Shown piece after piece: positions 40,841 to 52,511 of a stretch of 64,000 bases of DNA. Where the stretch lies: contig OZ245040.1 in the NCBI GenBank assembly GCA_965224195.1, positions 1,248,001 to 1,312,000 of the forward strand. The letters are read 5' to 3'. Made by a program: the position numbers and the translations under genes. This DNA is from Nitrosopumilus sp. GTDB lineage: Archaea; Thermoproteota; Nitrososphaeria; Nitrososphaerales; Nitrosopumilaceae. The notes beneath the pieces were generated by a model. The model saw only the letters and a program-made list of their open reading frames with translations, made no database searches and had not been told where the DNA came from. Positions within the stretch are counted from its first letter, which is position 1. Every line of letters begins with the position of its first letter.

Positions 40841-41176
40841 ATGAATATTGTAGATTTACATGATCCTAAACGCGTAGATAGAACCCCTGACACAGTTGAG
40901 ATTTTATTTTCATCTGGAAATTTCATCCAAGATGAATTCAAAATCTCAAAAGTAGAATTACGACTTTATTTAGAACAAACTGATGAAAAATTAGGCGTTT
41001 TTTCTTTAATCACATCTTTTGTTGAAACTGATAGAGGATCGGTAGAAATGATTTATGATGAAGGATTTCGTGGAGAAGAATCTCTTTTAAGAGCAAGTAA
41101 ATTTCTTACATCTAATTTGGGAATCTCTGGGTTGATTCTGCGGTCTGTTATCTCCTTGAGAGAAAAATCAAATTAA
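40841..41176 (+). CDS. hypothetical protein
   Basis: 111-aa ORF. Confidence 0.65.
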   Translation: MNIVDLHDPKRVDRTPDTVEILFSSGNFIQDEFKISKVELRLYLEQTDEKLGVFSLITSFVETDRGSVEMIYDEGFRGEESLLRASKFLTSNLGISGLILRSVISLREKSN

Positions 41177-41352
41177 TTTTTCTATTTTCTTTAGCCTCAA
41201 ATTCAATTAATTTGTCATTTGTTTTAATGACACAGAGAATTACTAATGGTCTAATAGATGTTGAATCTGTAATTCAAACTGTGGATGATTCAATTACTGA
41301 TTCAAACGTAGAGGAATAACTCCTTTATTTTTTATTTTTTTATTTGAATATT

Positions 41353-41850
41353 TTACCATATTTTTCCTTGTTTTTTTAATTGACTTTTTGCATTTTTTGA
41401 AATAGTATCCAATGTATCTGAATCATAATTGGCCCCTTCAAAATTTGTAGATTCTAGTACGGCACCATCAAAATTTGTATGTCTGAGATTAACGCCACTA
41501 AGATTTGCATTACTCAAATCAGCATTTCGTAAATCTGCATAAAACAAGTCTGCCCCTCTAATATCTGCCCCCCGCATATCTGCTCCATACAAATCAGCAT
41601 CCCATAGTTTTGCACTAGACAAATTTGTTTGCTGTAAATCTGCCCCTCGCATTTTTACATAAAACAATATTGAACCACTCAAATCCGCCTCACTAAGATC
41701 AGTACAACTCAAATCAGCATTGTGAATGTCTCTATTTTTGAGATTTACTCCCTTCATGTTGGAATCTGAAAAATCTCTACCAATCAATTCTTCATATTCA
41801 AAATTAACTTTTGATAGATTCCTTTTCCTAAAAACATCTGATGGGTTCAT
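41353..41850 (-). CDS. pentapeptide repeat protein
   Basis: A(D/N)LXX repeats. Confidence 0.9.
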   Translation of the reverse strand: MNPSDVFRKRNLSKVNFEYEELIGRDFSDSNMKGVNLKNRDIHNADLSCTDLSEADLSGSILFYVKMRGADLQQTNLSSAKLWDADLYGADMRGADIRGADLFYADLRNADLSNANLSGVNLRHTNFDGAVLESTNFEGANYDSDTLDTISKNAKSQLKKQGKIW

Positions 41851-41913
41851 TGTCTGTTTTTATTTATCAATATGGTACATTTGAATTTAGATCTAAAATA
41901 TGACCTGAGAGGT

Positions 41914-42066
41914 CTACTTGTTGTATAGTTCCAATTCTTGTAAAATTTTACCCATAGCATGCTTCCATCTTCGCATTTCATCAATCCCGTGCGGTCTGTT
42001 CTTTTCTAATTCTTTCTTTTCTTTGAGTAGTTCCTGATGTCTATGCTCGTCTTTTCTACCTTGCAT
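41914..42066 (-). CDS. small hypothetical protein (50 aa)
   Basis: MQGRKDEHRHQELLKEKEELEKNRPH...WKHAMGKILQELELYNK. Confidence 0.5.
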   Translation of the reverse strand: MQGRKDEHRHQELLKEKKELEKNRPHGIDEMRRWKHAMGKILQELELYNK

Positions 42067-42193
42067 GATTCATTTGTATTCATTCTGAATAAATTTCAAT
42101 AGTAATTCTGGGCTGACTAATCTTCTAGAACCTCCTCACGGTATTGTGGTTTTTGAGAATCGTATATTTATGCCCGATTTAATATCTCTAAAC

Positions 42194-44062
42194 ATGCGTA
42201 TATTGCAACTTCACTGTGATAATATCGAGTATACTCCTACAAAAAAGGAAATACAATCTGCTGAAGATATTGAAAATCCTCAAACTCAAAGATTGGAAGA
42301 ACTCGTAGTGGTATTTGTCGCAATTGAAGATGGTGATGATTCTTCAGTAGCACAAAATGCAATATCTCAGATTAAAGCATCAATGGAAAAAATTGGGTGC
42401 AAAAAATTATTGTTATATCCTTATGCTCACCTTAGCTCAAATCTTGCAAAACCATCAATAGCAATTAAATTACTTAAAGAGATGGAAGATGGAGCATCAG
42501 AACTTGAAGTATCTCATTCTCCATTTGGTTGGACAAAGTCTTACAAAATCCAAGTAAAGGGGCATCCACTTGCAGAAAGTTCTAAAGTTGTCACAAAAGA
42601 TTCTGCATCTGCAAAACCTGATGAAGAATTAACTTCTGATGCACTCAAAGGTGAATCTAAAATTCGCTCATTTTGGAAAATACTTTCTCCAGATGGAACA
42701 ATGACTAACATTGGTGATTTTAATTTTGCAAAATATCCCAAATTAGAAATTTTGGCAAAATATGAATCTGCAAAAATCCGTAAAGTAGACCAACCTCCAC
42801 CACATGTTGCATTGATGAAGAAGATGGGGATATCTGACTATGAACCTGCGTCTGATTCTGGAAATATGCGATTTTATCCTAATGGCCGTTTGATTAAATC
42901 ATTAATTGAACGATATGTTACTGACCGAGTCAAAGAATATGGCGGTTATGAAGTTGAAACTCCAATCATGTATGATTCAGAACATCCCAGTATGGTTAGT
43001 TACTTTAACCGATTTCCTGCAAGACAATACAACATTGACTCTGAAGGCAAAAAACTCTTTTTGAGATTTGCTGCATGTTTTGGCCAATTCCTAATGGCCA
43101 ATCAATATCAATTATCATACAAAAATTTACCATACAAACTCTATGAGTTGACTCGTTACAGCTTTAGACGTGAACAATCAGGGGAATTAGTCGGTTTAAG
43201 GCGATTAAGAGCATTTACCATGCCTGACTGTCATGCATTTTGTAAAGATATGCCACAGGCAATTGATGAGATCAAGATTAGATTTGATCTTTCTCAATGC
43301 GTTCTCAAAGATCTTGGAATCGATGAAGATGACTATGAAATGGCAATTCGATTCACTGAAGACTTTTACAATGAGAATAAATCATCAATTGAAGGACTGG
43401 TAAAAAAACATGGAAGGCCTGTACTAGTAGAAATGTGGAAAGAGAAATTCTTTTACTTTGTATTGAAATGGGAGTTTAACTTTATTGATGGTCTAGGGAA
43501 AGCATCTGCTTTATCAACTGACCAAATTGATGTAGAAAATGGAGATCGATATGGAATTGAATTTGTTGATGAAAACAATACAAAACAAAATCCAATCATC
43601 TTACACAATTCTCCTAGCGGTGCAATTGAGAGAATCATTTACGCTTTGTTGGAAAAAGCTGCTAAAGATTCACATGAAGGACGAAAACCACAATTCCCAC
43701 TTTGGTTGGCCCCAACACAAGTTAGAATCATCCCACTCAAAGAAGAATTTAATACATTTACAGAAACCCTAGCTGGTAAAATTTCTGCAAACGATGTTCG
43801 TGTTGACATTGATGATAGAAATGAAAGCATTGGAAAACGAATTCGTGAAGCTGAAAAAGAATGGATTCGGTATATTTTGGTAATTGGTGAAAAAGAAGTA
43901 AACTCTCAAAACCTTAGTATTCGTGATAGACAAATGGGTGATGTACGAGAATTGCCATTTGATGATTTTATTAATGAAATTAAAGAGCAAACTAAAGGAA
44001 AGCCTTTCACTGGTTTGAATCTGCCAAAATATCTCTCAAAGAGACCAAATCTGATGGTGTAA
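42194..44062 (+). CDS. thrS: threonyl-tRNA synthetase (archaeal type with editing domain)
   Basis: MRILQLH, YPYAHLS, GHPLAE, FRREQSGEL, LWLAPTQVR. Confidence 0.97.
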   Translation: MRILQLHCDNIEYTPTKKEIQSAEDIENPQTQRLEELVVVFVAIEDGDDSSVAQNAISQIKASMEKIGCKKLLLYPYAHLSSNLAKPSIAIKLLKEMEDGASELEVSHSPFGWTKSYKIQVKGHPLAESSKVVTKDSASAKPDEELTSDALKGESKIRSFWKILSPDGTMTNIGDFNFAKYPKLEILAKYESAKIRKVDQPPPHVALMKKMGISDYEPASDSGNMRFYPNGRLIKSLIERYVTDRVKEYGGYEVETPIMYDSEHPSMVSYFNRFPARQYNIDSEGKKLFLRFAACFGQFLMANQYQLSYKNLPYKLYELTRYSFRREQSGELVGLRRLRAFTMPDCHAFCKDMPQAIDEIKIRFDLSQCVLKDLGIDEDDYEMAIRFTEDFYNENKSSIEGLVKKHGRPVLVEMWKEKFFYFVLKWEFNFIDGLGKASALSTDQIDVENGDRYGIEFVDENNTKQNPIILHNSPSGAIERIIYALLEKAAKDSHEGRKPQFPLWLAPTQVRIIPLKEEFNTFTETLAGKISANDVRVDIDDRNESIGKRIREAEKEWIRYILVIGEKEVNSQNLSIRDRQMGDVRELPFDDFINEIKEQTKGKPFTGLNLPKYLSKRPNLMV

Positions 44063-44067
44063 CAAAA

Positions 44068-44943
44068 ATGAGTTTTCTTGATCTATACATGAATAACAAT
44101 CCCCTAATCACATCTTCAGATGATGATTCAGAACCTGTAGCTACGATATTCGGAATACCTTTTGATGCTACACACTCTTACAAGCCTGGTTGTAGATTTG
44201 GACCTGACGCAATTCGTGACTCTTTTAACAATATTGAGATATTCCATCCTGAACTTGGAATTGATTTAGTGAATGTAAACATTGAGGATTTGGGAAACAC
44301 TCGTCATACTGTCGTGGCCTCTGAAATGATTGACATGGTAAAAAAAATTACCACTGAACTTGTTGCAAAACAAAGACAGTTGTTCATTTTGGGCGGTGAA
44401 CATTCCATAACTTATGGCACGTATACTAGCTTTCCAAAAGAAACTGGATATGTTGTTTTTGATGCACATTATGATTTACGTGATGAATTTGCAGACATTA
44501 AACTAAGTCATGCATCTTACTTGAGACGAATTGTTGAAGAGAGGGGGGCTGAAAATATTTTACATGTTGGTGCAAGAGCCTTTGTCAAAGAAGAATTAGA
44601 ATTTCTAACTGAGAATAAAATTAAGACCATAACTTACGAACAAATTCGTGAAGGTAAAGGTTCTAGTCTTCTAAAAGACCATGTCTCTACATTTGACACC
44701 GTGTACTCTAGTTTTGATCTTGATGTATTAGACCCTGCATACGCCCCTGGTGTTGGTAATCCTGAAGCTGATGGTATTACATCTAGGGAACTGTTTGATA
44801 TGATTCATACTTTTCAGGAAACTAAAGTTACTGGTGTGGATATTGTAGAGTTGAACCCATACCATGATAATGGCGCAACTGCATCTTTAGCTGCAAAGAT
44901 TATCTCTACTTTAATTGCAATTAATCTATCTCGAAATAATTAA
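44068..44943 (+). CDS. speB: agmatinase
   Basis: GGEHSIT, DAHYD, SFDLDVLDP..APG. Confidence 0.92.
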   Translation: MSFLDLYMNNNPLITSSDDDSEPVATIFGIPFDATHSYKPGCRFGPDAIRDSFNNIEIFHPELGIDLVNVNIEDLGNTRHTVVASEMIDMVKKITTELVAKQRQLFILGGEHSITYGTYTSFPKETGYVVFDAHYDLRDEFADIKLSHASYLRRIVEERGAENILHVGARAFVKEELEFLTENKIKTITYEQIREGKGSSLLKDHVSTFDTVYSSFDLDVLDPAYAPGVGNPEADGITSRELFDMIHTFQETKVTGVDIVELNPYHDNGATASLAAKIISTLIAINLSRNN

Positions 44944-45173
44944 TTTATTTTCTACCTGCATAACTGTATTAACAAAAATAGCAAATAATATCCCAAAACT
45001 GACTATTCCTACAATTGCAACTTTAATCGATGTATCTATGATGATTTTCATATTTACATCAAATATTACTATTGTTTTAAATTTGGAAAATCTCGTAATT
45101 TGATGAATTTTTAGCCTATTTTGCCTCATTTTACTCCTGTTCACTTTATTAGATGGTATTTTGGGTGTAACTC

Positions 45174-45746
45174 GTGTTAAATAATCTGCGAGATTCTCTT
45201 AGGCCTACTTTAGAAAAAATAGGCAAGGGATTTGCATCTACAGGGCTGTCTGCAAACTTTTGGACATTTGTAGGGTTGGCATTTGCACTAGTATCTGCAG
45301 TTGTTTATGGAATGGGAATTGAATATGGATTAATTCTTGGCGGTATTTTGTTACTTGTTTCAGGATTCTTTGATATGGTTGATGGACAAGTAGCAAGAGC
45401 TACTGGAAAGACTTCAAAAAAAGGCGAATACCTTGATTCAATGTTTGATAAGATTTCTGAAGTTGCAATATTTTTAGGGCTTTTAGTTGGGGGATATGCA
45501 GAACCATATCTTGTGTTGCTTGCAATTACGTTGTCTTTGTTGGTAAGTTACGCTAGATCAAAATCTGATATTATTAACATTAAACTTCAGGGAATAGGAA
45601 TTGGCGAACGAGCTGAAAGATTATTGGTAATTGCAGTTATTGGGATGATTGGATTTATGGAGTATGCTGTAATTATTGTGGTGATAATTGCGGGAATTAC
45701 TCTGATACAAAGAATGACTTACACTGCTAAAAATATTAAAGAATAA
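45174..45746 (+). CDS. CDP-alcohol phosphatidyltransferase
   Basis: D..DG.VAR......G.YLD..FD. Confidence 0.9.
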   Translation: MLNNLRDSLRPTLEKIGKGFASTGLSANFWTFVGLAFALVSAVVYGMGIEYGLILGGILLLVSGFFDMVDGQVARATGKTSKKGEYLDSMFDKISEVAIFLGLLVGGYAEPYLVLLAITLSLLVSYARSKSDIINIKLQGIGIGERAERLLVIAVIGMIGFMEYAVIIVVIIAGITLIQRMTYTAKNIKE

Positions 45747-45748
45747 TA

Positions 45749-46036
45749 CTAACGAAGTTTTCCGCGTTTTCTTCTACTATCTGCAGATCTAATTTTTAGA
45801 ATCTTAAAGTGGATTGCACATGAAATACAGTAATGTTTCAAAACTGTTGGTGATGCAATATATGCGCCTTGTGCACGTAGTTCTTTTGCCAATGTATGCT
45901 CAACCAGATTTAATTTTGATGTGACTTTTTTTGCCTTGTCTTTTGGGACTGTCTGTCCGCAGTTTGTACATTGTACTGTACCTGAGGATCCTTTTCCTCC
46001 CTTTGTACGACCTCTACTTGCACGTTTAAGTGGCAT
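45749..46036 (-). CDS. rps26e: 30S ribosomal protein S26e
   Basis: MP.KR.S.GR, C.NCG..VPKDKA, YCISCAIH. Confidence 0.95.
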   Translation of the reverse strand: MPLKRASRGRTKGGKGSSGTVQCTNCGQTVPKDKAKKVTSKLNLVEHTLAKELRAQGAYIASPTVLKHYCISCAIHFKILKIRSADSRRKRGKLR

Positions 46037-46165
46037 GAAATTGAGCAAATTTGCCTACTTATATTCTTGTAGAATTTTAATTAAAATTGGTTATTTTGTG
46101 CCTATATTTTGGATAAAAATCATACATGTTTTAATCTTAGATCGAATAAATTCAATTGATATATC

Positions 46166-46273
46166 ATGCGTGGTCTTTGCCATACTTGTTTCAGATCTGG
46201 AGTAGAAGTAGTGATTATTCATGGTGAGATAATTTGTGAGGAGTGCATATCTAAAAAAAATGCAAAAAACTAA
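46166..46273 (+). CDS. micro Zn-finger protein (35 aa)
   Basis: MRGLCHTCFRS...IICEEC. Confidence 0.5.
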   Translation: MRGLCHTCFRSGVEVVIIHGEIICEECISKKNAKN

Positions 46274-46300
46274 ATCTATACTGATTAAAATTAAGAAGAA

Positions 46301-47170
46301 ATGAAACTAGCTGTTTTTTCCCACTGTGCAATTGATACAATAACTATTGATGGTAACAACTATGAACAAATTGGTGGGGCTGCTTGTTATTCTGGTATAA
46401 CTGCCAGACAATTCAAGTTTGATGTAGATTTATACACAAAGTTTGGTCCTGATTTTCCAAAACAATACTTGGATGATGACAAAATTAATCTTGTAAATTC
46501 AGAATCTCAAAAAAATACCACAAAATTTACTATTTCAATTACTGGCTCTGATAGAACTTTGAAACTTGAAAATGAATGTGAAAAAATTGATTATTCCCAA
46601 AGTGATGCTGATGCTCATCTTGTTAGTCCGATTTATCATGAAATATCTGATGAGATATTTAAAAAAATTAAAAGTGATTCAAATTTCATTTTCGTTGATC
46701 CTCAGGGGTTTTTGAGACGTAAAGACTCTCAAAATAATATATTCTTGGAAAAGACTGATCTTGATTTAACTAATATCGACGCAATCAAGGCCAATCCTGA
46801 AGAATCTAACCACATTGTAAATGGAACTCATGATGAAATGATGTTGGCATTACAGAAAAAAGGAGTCAAACATGTGTTGTTAACTGATAAGACAAATGTT
46901 TCTTTATTGGTAAAAGATAAAATTTATTCAATAACTTTACCAAATCAGAATATTCATGATACAACTGGCATTGGTGATATTTTCTGCACTGCTTTTACTT
47001 GTACTATGCTTAAAGAGAAAGACTTTTTGTGGGCACTATGTTTTGCTGGGGGTGCTGCCCAAGCGGCATTAGAATCAAGGAATGTAGGTTTGCAAAAAAT
47101 TCCAAAAAAAGGAACAATCGAAACTAATGCATCTTATTTTTATAATTTAGTAAAATTTCGAGATTTGTAA
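46301..47170 (+). CDS. PfkB family carbohydrate kinase
   Basis: GGA, DPQG, DTTGIGD. Confidence 0.88.
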   Translation: MKLAVFSHCAIDTITIDGNNYEQIGGAACYSGITARQFKFDVDLYTKFGPDFPKQYLDDDKINLVNSESQKNTTKFTISITGSDRTLKLENECEKIDYSQSDADAHLVSPIYHEISDEIFKKIKSDSNFIFVDPQGFLRRKDSQNNIFLEKTDLDLTNIDAIKANPEESNHIVNGTHDEMMLALQKKGVKHVLLTDKTNVSLLVKDKIYSITLPNQNIHDTTGIGDIFCTAFTCTMLKEKDFLWALCFAGGAAQAALESRNVGLQKIPKKGTIETNASYFYNLVKFRDL

Positions 47171-47277
47171 TTATTTTTCAATTTCTTCTGAAAGAATTTG
47201 AAAATAAATCCCCTTCCAAAGTATTATTTCTAAAATTCATAAATAAATTTAAGTAACATTTTGTGTTATCATAATTT

Positions 47278-47670
47278 ATGGATTTTGTTGTTCTTTTGAA
47301 GAAGATTATGGATTCAGATGTAAACATTAGACATAGTCTGATAACTGACAGTGATGGAAATATTTTAGCTACCAGTCATAGGGAAGGAATTACAAATTAT
47401 TTGTCTGCTGAGGAGACTGCCGCATCCTTGAAAAGGGCATCTGTTGCATGGAAAGGCAGAAATGAATTGATTCCAAAAATTGGGCATGGATTGTATGCTG
47501 TAGCCAAATTTGAGAAAATATCGCGAATTACGTTTCCGCTTGGGGATGAAAATTTGATTTTTGTCAGTTTAGGTTCAGATACAGTTCGACAAAATATTCA
47601 TGAAGGTGGTGAAAAACAGATTATTGAACATGTTTTGAATATCTTGAGCAAAGATCCTACAAAACAATAA
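47278..47670 (+). CDS. roadblock/longin-like protein
   Basis: IRH..ITD.DG......R.G....LS..E; paralog of 11028 and 33798. Confidence 0.65.
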   Translation: MDFVVLLKKIMDSDVNIRHSLITDSDGNILATSHREGITNYLSAEETAASLKRASVAWKGRNELIPKIGHGLYAVAKFEKISRITFPLGDENLIFVSLGSDTVRQNIHEGGEKQIIEHVLNILSKDPTKQ

Positions 47671-47749
47671 TTTTATTTTCTATTTTCATATTGTCTCAAA
47701 AGAGTGTATTATACGCACAGAAAGTTGAATATTCTTTTATTGTACCAAA

Positions 47750-48763
47750 TTGACTGTTTCTTCTATGCAAATAGGCATTTACGGTTCTGGTAGTACAGAA
47801 TCTGCTGCAAAGACAATTAAAAAAATTCTTGATGAATCTGAAATCTCTTCATTTCCAATATTAAAATCAAAGAGTAAGCAAGCTGATTGCATAATTGTTC
47901 TTGGTGGAGATAAAGGAGTTAGAAATTACTTTCACAGAACTTTTGATTCAACTTTACCTGTATTGGGAATTAGTGAAGGTGAAGCAAGCGGATTTTTAGC
48001 TCAAATTGAATTAAGAGAGTTTTCAACATATGTCAATTTATTAAAAAAACAAAAGTACACTGTAGAGGAAGTTCCAAGACTTGGTGTCAAAATTGATGGA
48101 AAAAATGTCTATCCTGTGTTAAATGATGTTGCGGTATTTTCATCTAAAAGTGCAATGTTGATGGAACATACTTTGAGAGTTAATGGTGATGAGGTATGGC
48201 ACGATAACAGTGATGGAATAATTGTATCTACTCCTATTGGTTCATCAGCATATTCAATGTCTGCTGGTGGCCCTGTATTATTTCAAGATTCTGCAGTATT
48301 TGAAATAATTTCTGTAAATTCCCTTGATGTTACTCGTAGACCAATCATTGTATCCAATTCTAGTTCAATTGAAATTGATGATATTTCTGCGCGGTTACAC
48401 TGTGAGGTAGTATTGGATGGCTTGGATCGATACAAAGTAAACAACACTGTAGAGTGTACCCAATTTTCCCCTCCAGCAAAAATTATCCGTTTAAAGAAAA
48501 ATTCCACTGCAATATCTGCTCTAGCTAAAAAGGTTCATCTTGCTGAAGAATTACTTAGCATGCCTCCAAGCTCCAAGCTTTTATTGAAAACTCTAGAGTA
48601 TGAAGGAGCTTTAACTCAGAAAGATCTTGCAAACAAAACATTGCTTCCTGATAGAACCGTTAGACTGGCATTAAGCCATTTACTCAAAAAAGGATATGTC
48701 AAAAAGAAAGTTTCAATTCGAGATGCAAGACAGAAAATTTATGAAATTTCTAAAATTGAATAA
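47750..48763 (+). CDS. NAD kinase with C-terminal winged HTH
   Basis: GGD, LND, DG.IVSTP.GSSAY.MSAGG, then LTQKDL...RTVR.AL. Confidence 0.88.
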   Translation: MTVSSMQIGIYGSGSTESAAKTIKKILDESEISSFPILKSKSKQADCIIVLGGDKGVRNYFHRTFDSTLPVLGISEGEASGFLAQIELREFSTYVNLLKKQKYTVEEVPRLGVKIDGKNVYPVLNDVAVFSSKSAMLMEHTLRVNGDEVWHDNSDGIIVSTPIGSSAYSMSAGGPVLFQDSAVFEIISVNSLDVTRRPIIVSNSSSIEIDDISARLHCEVVLDGLDRYKVNNTVECTQFSPPAKIIRLKKNSTAISALAKKVHLAEELLSMPPSSKLLLKTLEYEGALTQKDLANKTLLPDRTVRLALSHLLKKGYVKKKVSIRDARQKIYEISKIE

Positions 48764-48926
48764 TTAAGATTCTTCTTTTGTAAGATTATTGGTATGTGAT
48801 GATTCTTTTTCAGTTGCGTCGTTAATTCGTTTTTGAATATTTATTTTGAAACATTTTTCAGAACAAAATTCTCTAACTCCTACTCATATTCCCTATCACA
48901 TTCCTTACATAGTGCCATTGATCTTA

Positions 48927-48968
48927 TTATTTTCATATTGTATGTTATTTTCATATTGTATGTTATTT
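48927..48968. repeat. 18-bp tandem duplication
   Basis: TTATTTTCATATTGTATG x2 plus a partial copy. Confidence 0.8.
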
Positions 48969-49010
48969 ACATAATCTACAAATTCCCATTTTTGGAATTT
49001 TTTTGTTAGA

Positions 49011-50621
49011 TTATTTCTCAGATGATGCTTTGATGAATGCTGAAAATACTTCTTCGGGGTATCCTGGTCTACTGTTGAATTCTGGATGGAATTGTACTCC
49101 GAGATAGAATTTATGTGATGGAATTTCAAGTATTTCCATTCTTTTACCGCCATCACTATCTGCTGAAAATATCAATCCATTTCTTTCAAATTGAGGGATA
49201 TACTCTTGATTAATTTCATATCTGTGTCTATGGCGTTTACTGATTGTTGCTGCATTGTAGATTTTTTTGGCATTTGTGTTCTCTTTAATTATGACATCAT
49301 TAGCTCCCAATCGAAGTGAGCCTCCCATATCTGAAACTTCTTTTTGTTCTGGAAGTAAATCTATAATTGGATTCTTTGTATCTGATTTTATTTCTGTAGA
49401 ATTTGCATCTTCTAGATTCAACACGTTTCGTCCAAATGCAATTGCAGCTAGTTGGAATCCAAAACATATTCCAAGATATGGGATGTTTTTCTCCCTTGCA
49501 TAATTTGCAGTTTGAATTATTCCCTCCGAACCTCTTGTTCCAAACCCTCCTGGTACTAGAACTCCATCATAATTTGATAGTATACTGTAATCGGTAATTG
49601 ATTCTGAATCTATCCAATCAATATCAATTGATTTGCCAATTTGTGCACCTGCGTGTTTTAGTGCGTGATTTACGCTTACATAACTATCTGTTAATGTTAC
49701 ATATTTTCCAACCATTGTGATTTTTACTTTGTTATTTTCATGATTAACCATATTCTGAGCAATTTCATTCCACTTGTCCCAATTGGCTGATGCGTTAACC
49801 ATTCCAACTTTTCCAAACTTTCTAAATATTGAATCCATGATTCCTTGGTCGTATAGCATTTGAGGAACCGCAAAAATTGATTTTGCATCATGGCATGATA
49901 GTACGTCTTTTGGTGTAACATTTGTAAACATTGCAATTTTCTTCTTTGTCTTCTCTTCTAATGGTAATGTACATCTAACTGCTAAAAAGTCTGGCTGGAT
50001 ACCTATTCTTCTTAATTCTTGAACACTGTGTTGTGTAGGTTTTGTTTTTTGTTCTCCAACAACGTCTAAGGATGGTGCTAATGTTACATGAACAAAAATT
50101 ACGTTTTCTGGTCCTTCTTCTACTCTCATTTGCCTTAATGCCTCTAGGAATGGTAATGACTCAATGTCTCCTACTGTTCCACCACATTCTACAATCAAAA
50201 AGTCTAGTTTTTCTTCTGCTGCAATTTTTGAAATTCTATTTTTAATTTCATCAGTTACATGAGGGATGATCTGAACACATGCTCCAAGATATTCTCCCTT
50301 TCTTTCAGCTTCAATTACTGAGGAATAGACTTGTGCTGTTGTAATGTTGTGGCTTTTTGGAATATTTTGATTTAGAAATCTTTCATAGTTTCCAATATCC
50401 ATGTCACATTCTCCTCCGTCATCTGTTACGAAGACTTCTCCATGAGCTATTGGATTCATTGTTCCAGCATCGTAGTTAAGATATGGGTCTATTTTGATAC
50501 ATGAGACTTTTTGATCTGCCAATTGTAATAACTTTGCAATTGAGGAAGTTGTTACGCCCTTTCCAAGGCCAGACATCACTCCACCTGTGACAAAAATTAA
50601 CTTTGTCTGCACATTAAACAA
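49011..50621 (-). CDS. pyrG: CTP synthase
   Basis: [35 protein letters not shown]. Confidence 0.97.
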   Translation of the reverse strand: MFNVQTKLIFVTGGVMSGLGKGVTTSSIAKLLQLADQKVSCIKIDPYLNYDAGTMNPIAHGEVFVTDDGGECDMDIGNYERFLNQNIPKSHNITTAQVYSSVIEAERKGEYLGACVQIIPHVTDEIKNRISKIAAEEKLDFLIVECGGTVGDIESLPFLEALRQMRVEEGPENVIFVHVTLAPSLDVVGEQKTKPTQHSVQELRRIGIQPDFLAVRCTLPLEEKTKKKIAMFTNVTPKDVLSCHDAKSIFAVPQMLYDQGIMDSIFRKFGKVGMVNASANWDKWNEIAQNMVNHENNKVKITMVGKYVTLTDSYVSVNHALKHAGAQIGKSIDIDWIDSESITDYSILSNYDGVLVPGGFGTRGSEGIIQTANYAREKNIPYLGICFGFQLAAIAFGRNVLNLEDANSTEIKSDTKNPIIDLLPEQKEVSDMGGSLRLGANDVIIKENTNAKKIYNAATISKRHRHRYEINQEYIPQFERNGLIFSADSDGGKRMEILEIPSHKFYLGVQFHPEFNSRPGYPEEVFSAFIKASSEK

Positions 50622-50677
50622 ACGGGTGTCTAGTTTTTGTATGTTTTGTCGATCATGCTAAGTTGAAATAGTGGTGG

Positions 50678-51526
50678 TTGATTTGTTCTGATGTGAGAGT
50701 TTACCTTTTACCTTTGTTAGTTCTATTTGTTGCAGGTTATGCTAGTTTAGCTTTTGCTGAAACTACATATGAAATCAAAATTCCAACTGGCGCTTCAGAT
50801 CCTGGCGCTCCATTCTTTTGGTCTGAAAAATCCACTGGTGCAACCACTGGAATAATTACCATTTTTCCTGGCGATTCAGTAATTTGGCAAAATGCAGATA
50901 CTGCATTTCATACCGTTACATCAATTAGCCAAACAGGTGAAAATATGTTACCTGCTAAAGATAATGAGGATGGGGTTTTTGATAGTGGGTTTTTTACTGC
51001 CGGTGAATCTTATCTTAGAAATTTTGATGACCTTGGAGACTTTTACTACTATTGCAGTCTTCATCCTTGGATGAATGGGGTTGTACATGTTGTAAAAAAC
51101 CCTGGCAATGTTCAATCAATAGATAATGTAGGTTCTGGGTATAGTGATGATGGTTTGGGATTTGAGATAAAGTATATCCTTGACACAAATTTACAAAATG
51201 CAGTTCATGTTAATCCTGATGACAAAAGCTTGACTTTTAAAATTTCAGGAACCAGTGAAAATGATAATATCACATTTGTTTTACCTCTCAAACTAATTGA
51301 AAATCCAAATGCTGTATTCGTTGATGGGGTGATGACTGAATTTGAATCCGAAGATACCTCTTCTGGAACTAAACTAATAATTCCAATAACTAATGATTCT
51401 CAAGAAATTAAAATTATGGGTACAAAGGTAATTCCAGAATTTGGATTTTTAGCTATCAGTATTTTGAGTATCAGTATAATGTCTATATTATTTTTGACTC
51501 GCTCAAAACTCTCAATGTTTAGATAA
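50678..51526 (+). CDS. secreted blue-copper (cupredoxin) protein with PEFG-CTERM anchor
   Basis: HTVTS, YYCSLHPWM, VIPEFG followed by a TM. Confidence 0.9.
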   Translation: MICSDVRVYLLPLLVLFVAGYASLAFAETTYEIKIPTGASDPGAPFFWSEKSTGATTGIITIFPGDSVIWQNADTAFHTVTSISQTGENMLPAKDNEDGVFDSGFFTAGESYLRNFDDLGDFYYYCSLHPWMNGVVHVVKNPGNVQSIDNVGSGYSDDGLGFEIKYILDTNLQNAVHVNPDDKSLTFKISGTSENDNITFVLPLKLIENPNAVFVDGVMTEFESEDTSSGTKLIIPITNDSQEIKIMGTKVIPEFGFLAISILSISIMSILFLTRSKLSMFR

Positions 51527-51634
51527 TTACGATCTTTACAATTGTAAATAATTAATCTACATTTCAAATGAATTTTAGGTTTTGACACCGTCTTTGTTTT
51601 ATTTTTCTAAGTGTATTGTATGTTGAGAACTTCT

Positions 51635-51700
51635 AGTTTGGCGGCCATAACTGAAATCGAGTTCCCCTCCATGAAAGTTTGCACACTTGACCGCCAACTT
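51635..51700. other. GC-rich stem-loop between convergent genes, candidate ncRNA or terminator
   Basis: AGTTTGGCGGCCA pairs with TGACCGCCAACT. Confidence 0.4.
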
Positions 51701-51710
51701 GACGTTAATT

Positions 51711-52511
51711 TCAGAGAATTGTTTGTTTTTTAAGATTTTTTGTAAATGATACAATTTTTGATTCTAGCTTGTTTTGAGGTGTTTTCTCAATTAGTTTTAG
51801 ATATGCACTACCAACTATTACTGCATCTGCTCCTGCCTTGATGCATTTTTTTACATTATCTGGTGTTGATACTCCAAATCCCACTCCTATTGGAATTTTC
51901 CCTTTGGTTTGTTTCTTAACTTGTTTTATTGCATCAAGTGTGTATTTTTTAATTCCAGTTTTTACACCCGTTGTTCCAAACACTGCAACAAGATACAAAA
52001 ACCCTGATGATGCTTTAGATATTTTTTGAATTCTTACATTGCTAGTATTTGGTGATATTAGAAAAATTGTGTCTGCCTTGTTTTTGGCTGCCTGTAGATA
52101 ATCTTTTGATTCTTCAATTGACATGTCTGGAAGGATAAATCCGTCAATCCCTGCTTTTTTAGCCTCTGAAATGAATTTTGCATACCCTTTGTGATATAGA
52201 ATATTAGTGTAAGTCATTAGGATTAATGGAATATCTGTTTCTTTTCTAATTTTTTTTACAAGGCTGAAAAACTTTGTAATTTTTGTTCCCTTTTCTAAAG
52301 ATATGATGCTGGCGTTTTGAATTACAGGACCGTCTGCTAGGGGGTCTGAAAATGGAAATCCTAATTCAATAATGTCTACTCCTCCTTTGACTAATCCCCT
52401 TACTGTTGAGATAGTTGCCTTTTCATTTGGAAACCCTACCATGATGTATGATATCAAGGCTTTTTGCTTTTTTTCCTCAAGCTCTGCAAATTTTTCTTTA
52501 ATTCTTGTCAT
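51711..52511 (-). CDS. trpA: tryptophan synthase alpha
   Basis: [27 protein letters not shown]. Confidence 0.97.
   Translation of the reverse strand: MTRIKEKFAELEEKKQKALISYIMVGFPNEKATISTVRGLVKGGVDIIELGFPFSDPLADGPVIQNASIISLEKGTKITKFFSLVKKIRKETDIPLILMTYTNILYHKGYAKFISEAKKAGIDGFILPDMSIEESKDYLQAAKNKADTIFLISPNTSNVRIQKISKASSGFLYLVAVFGTTGVKTGIKKYTLDAIKQVKKQTKGKIPIGVGFGVSTPDNVKKCIKAGADAVIVGSAYLKLIEKTPQNKLESKIVSFTKNLKKQTIL

Noticed and set aside
51640-51700. 5S rRNA (begins GGCGGCCATA)
   Set aside because: Only ~60 nt between the paired ends and no CCGAAC loop.
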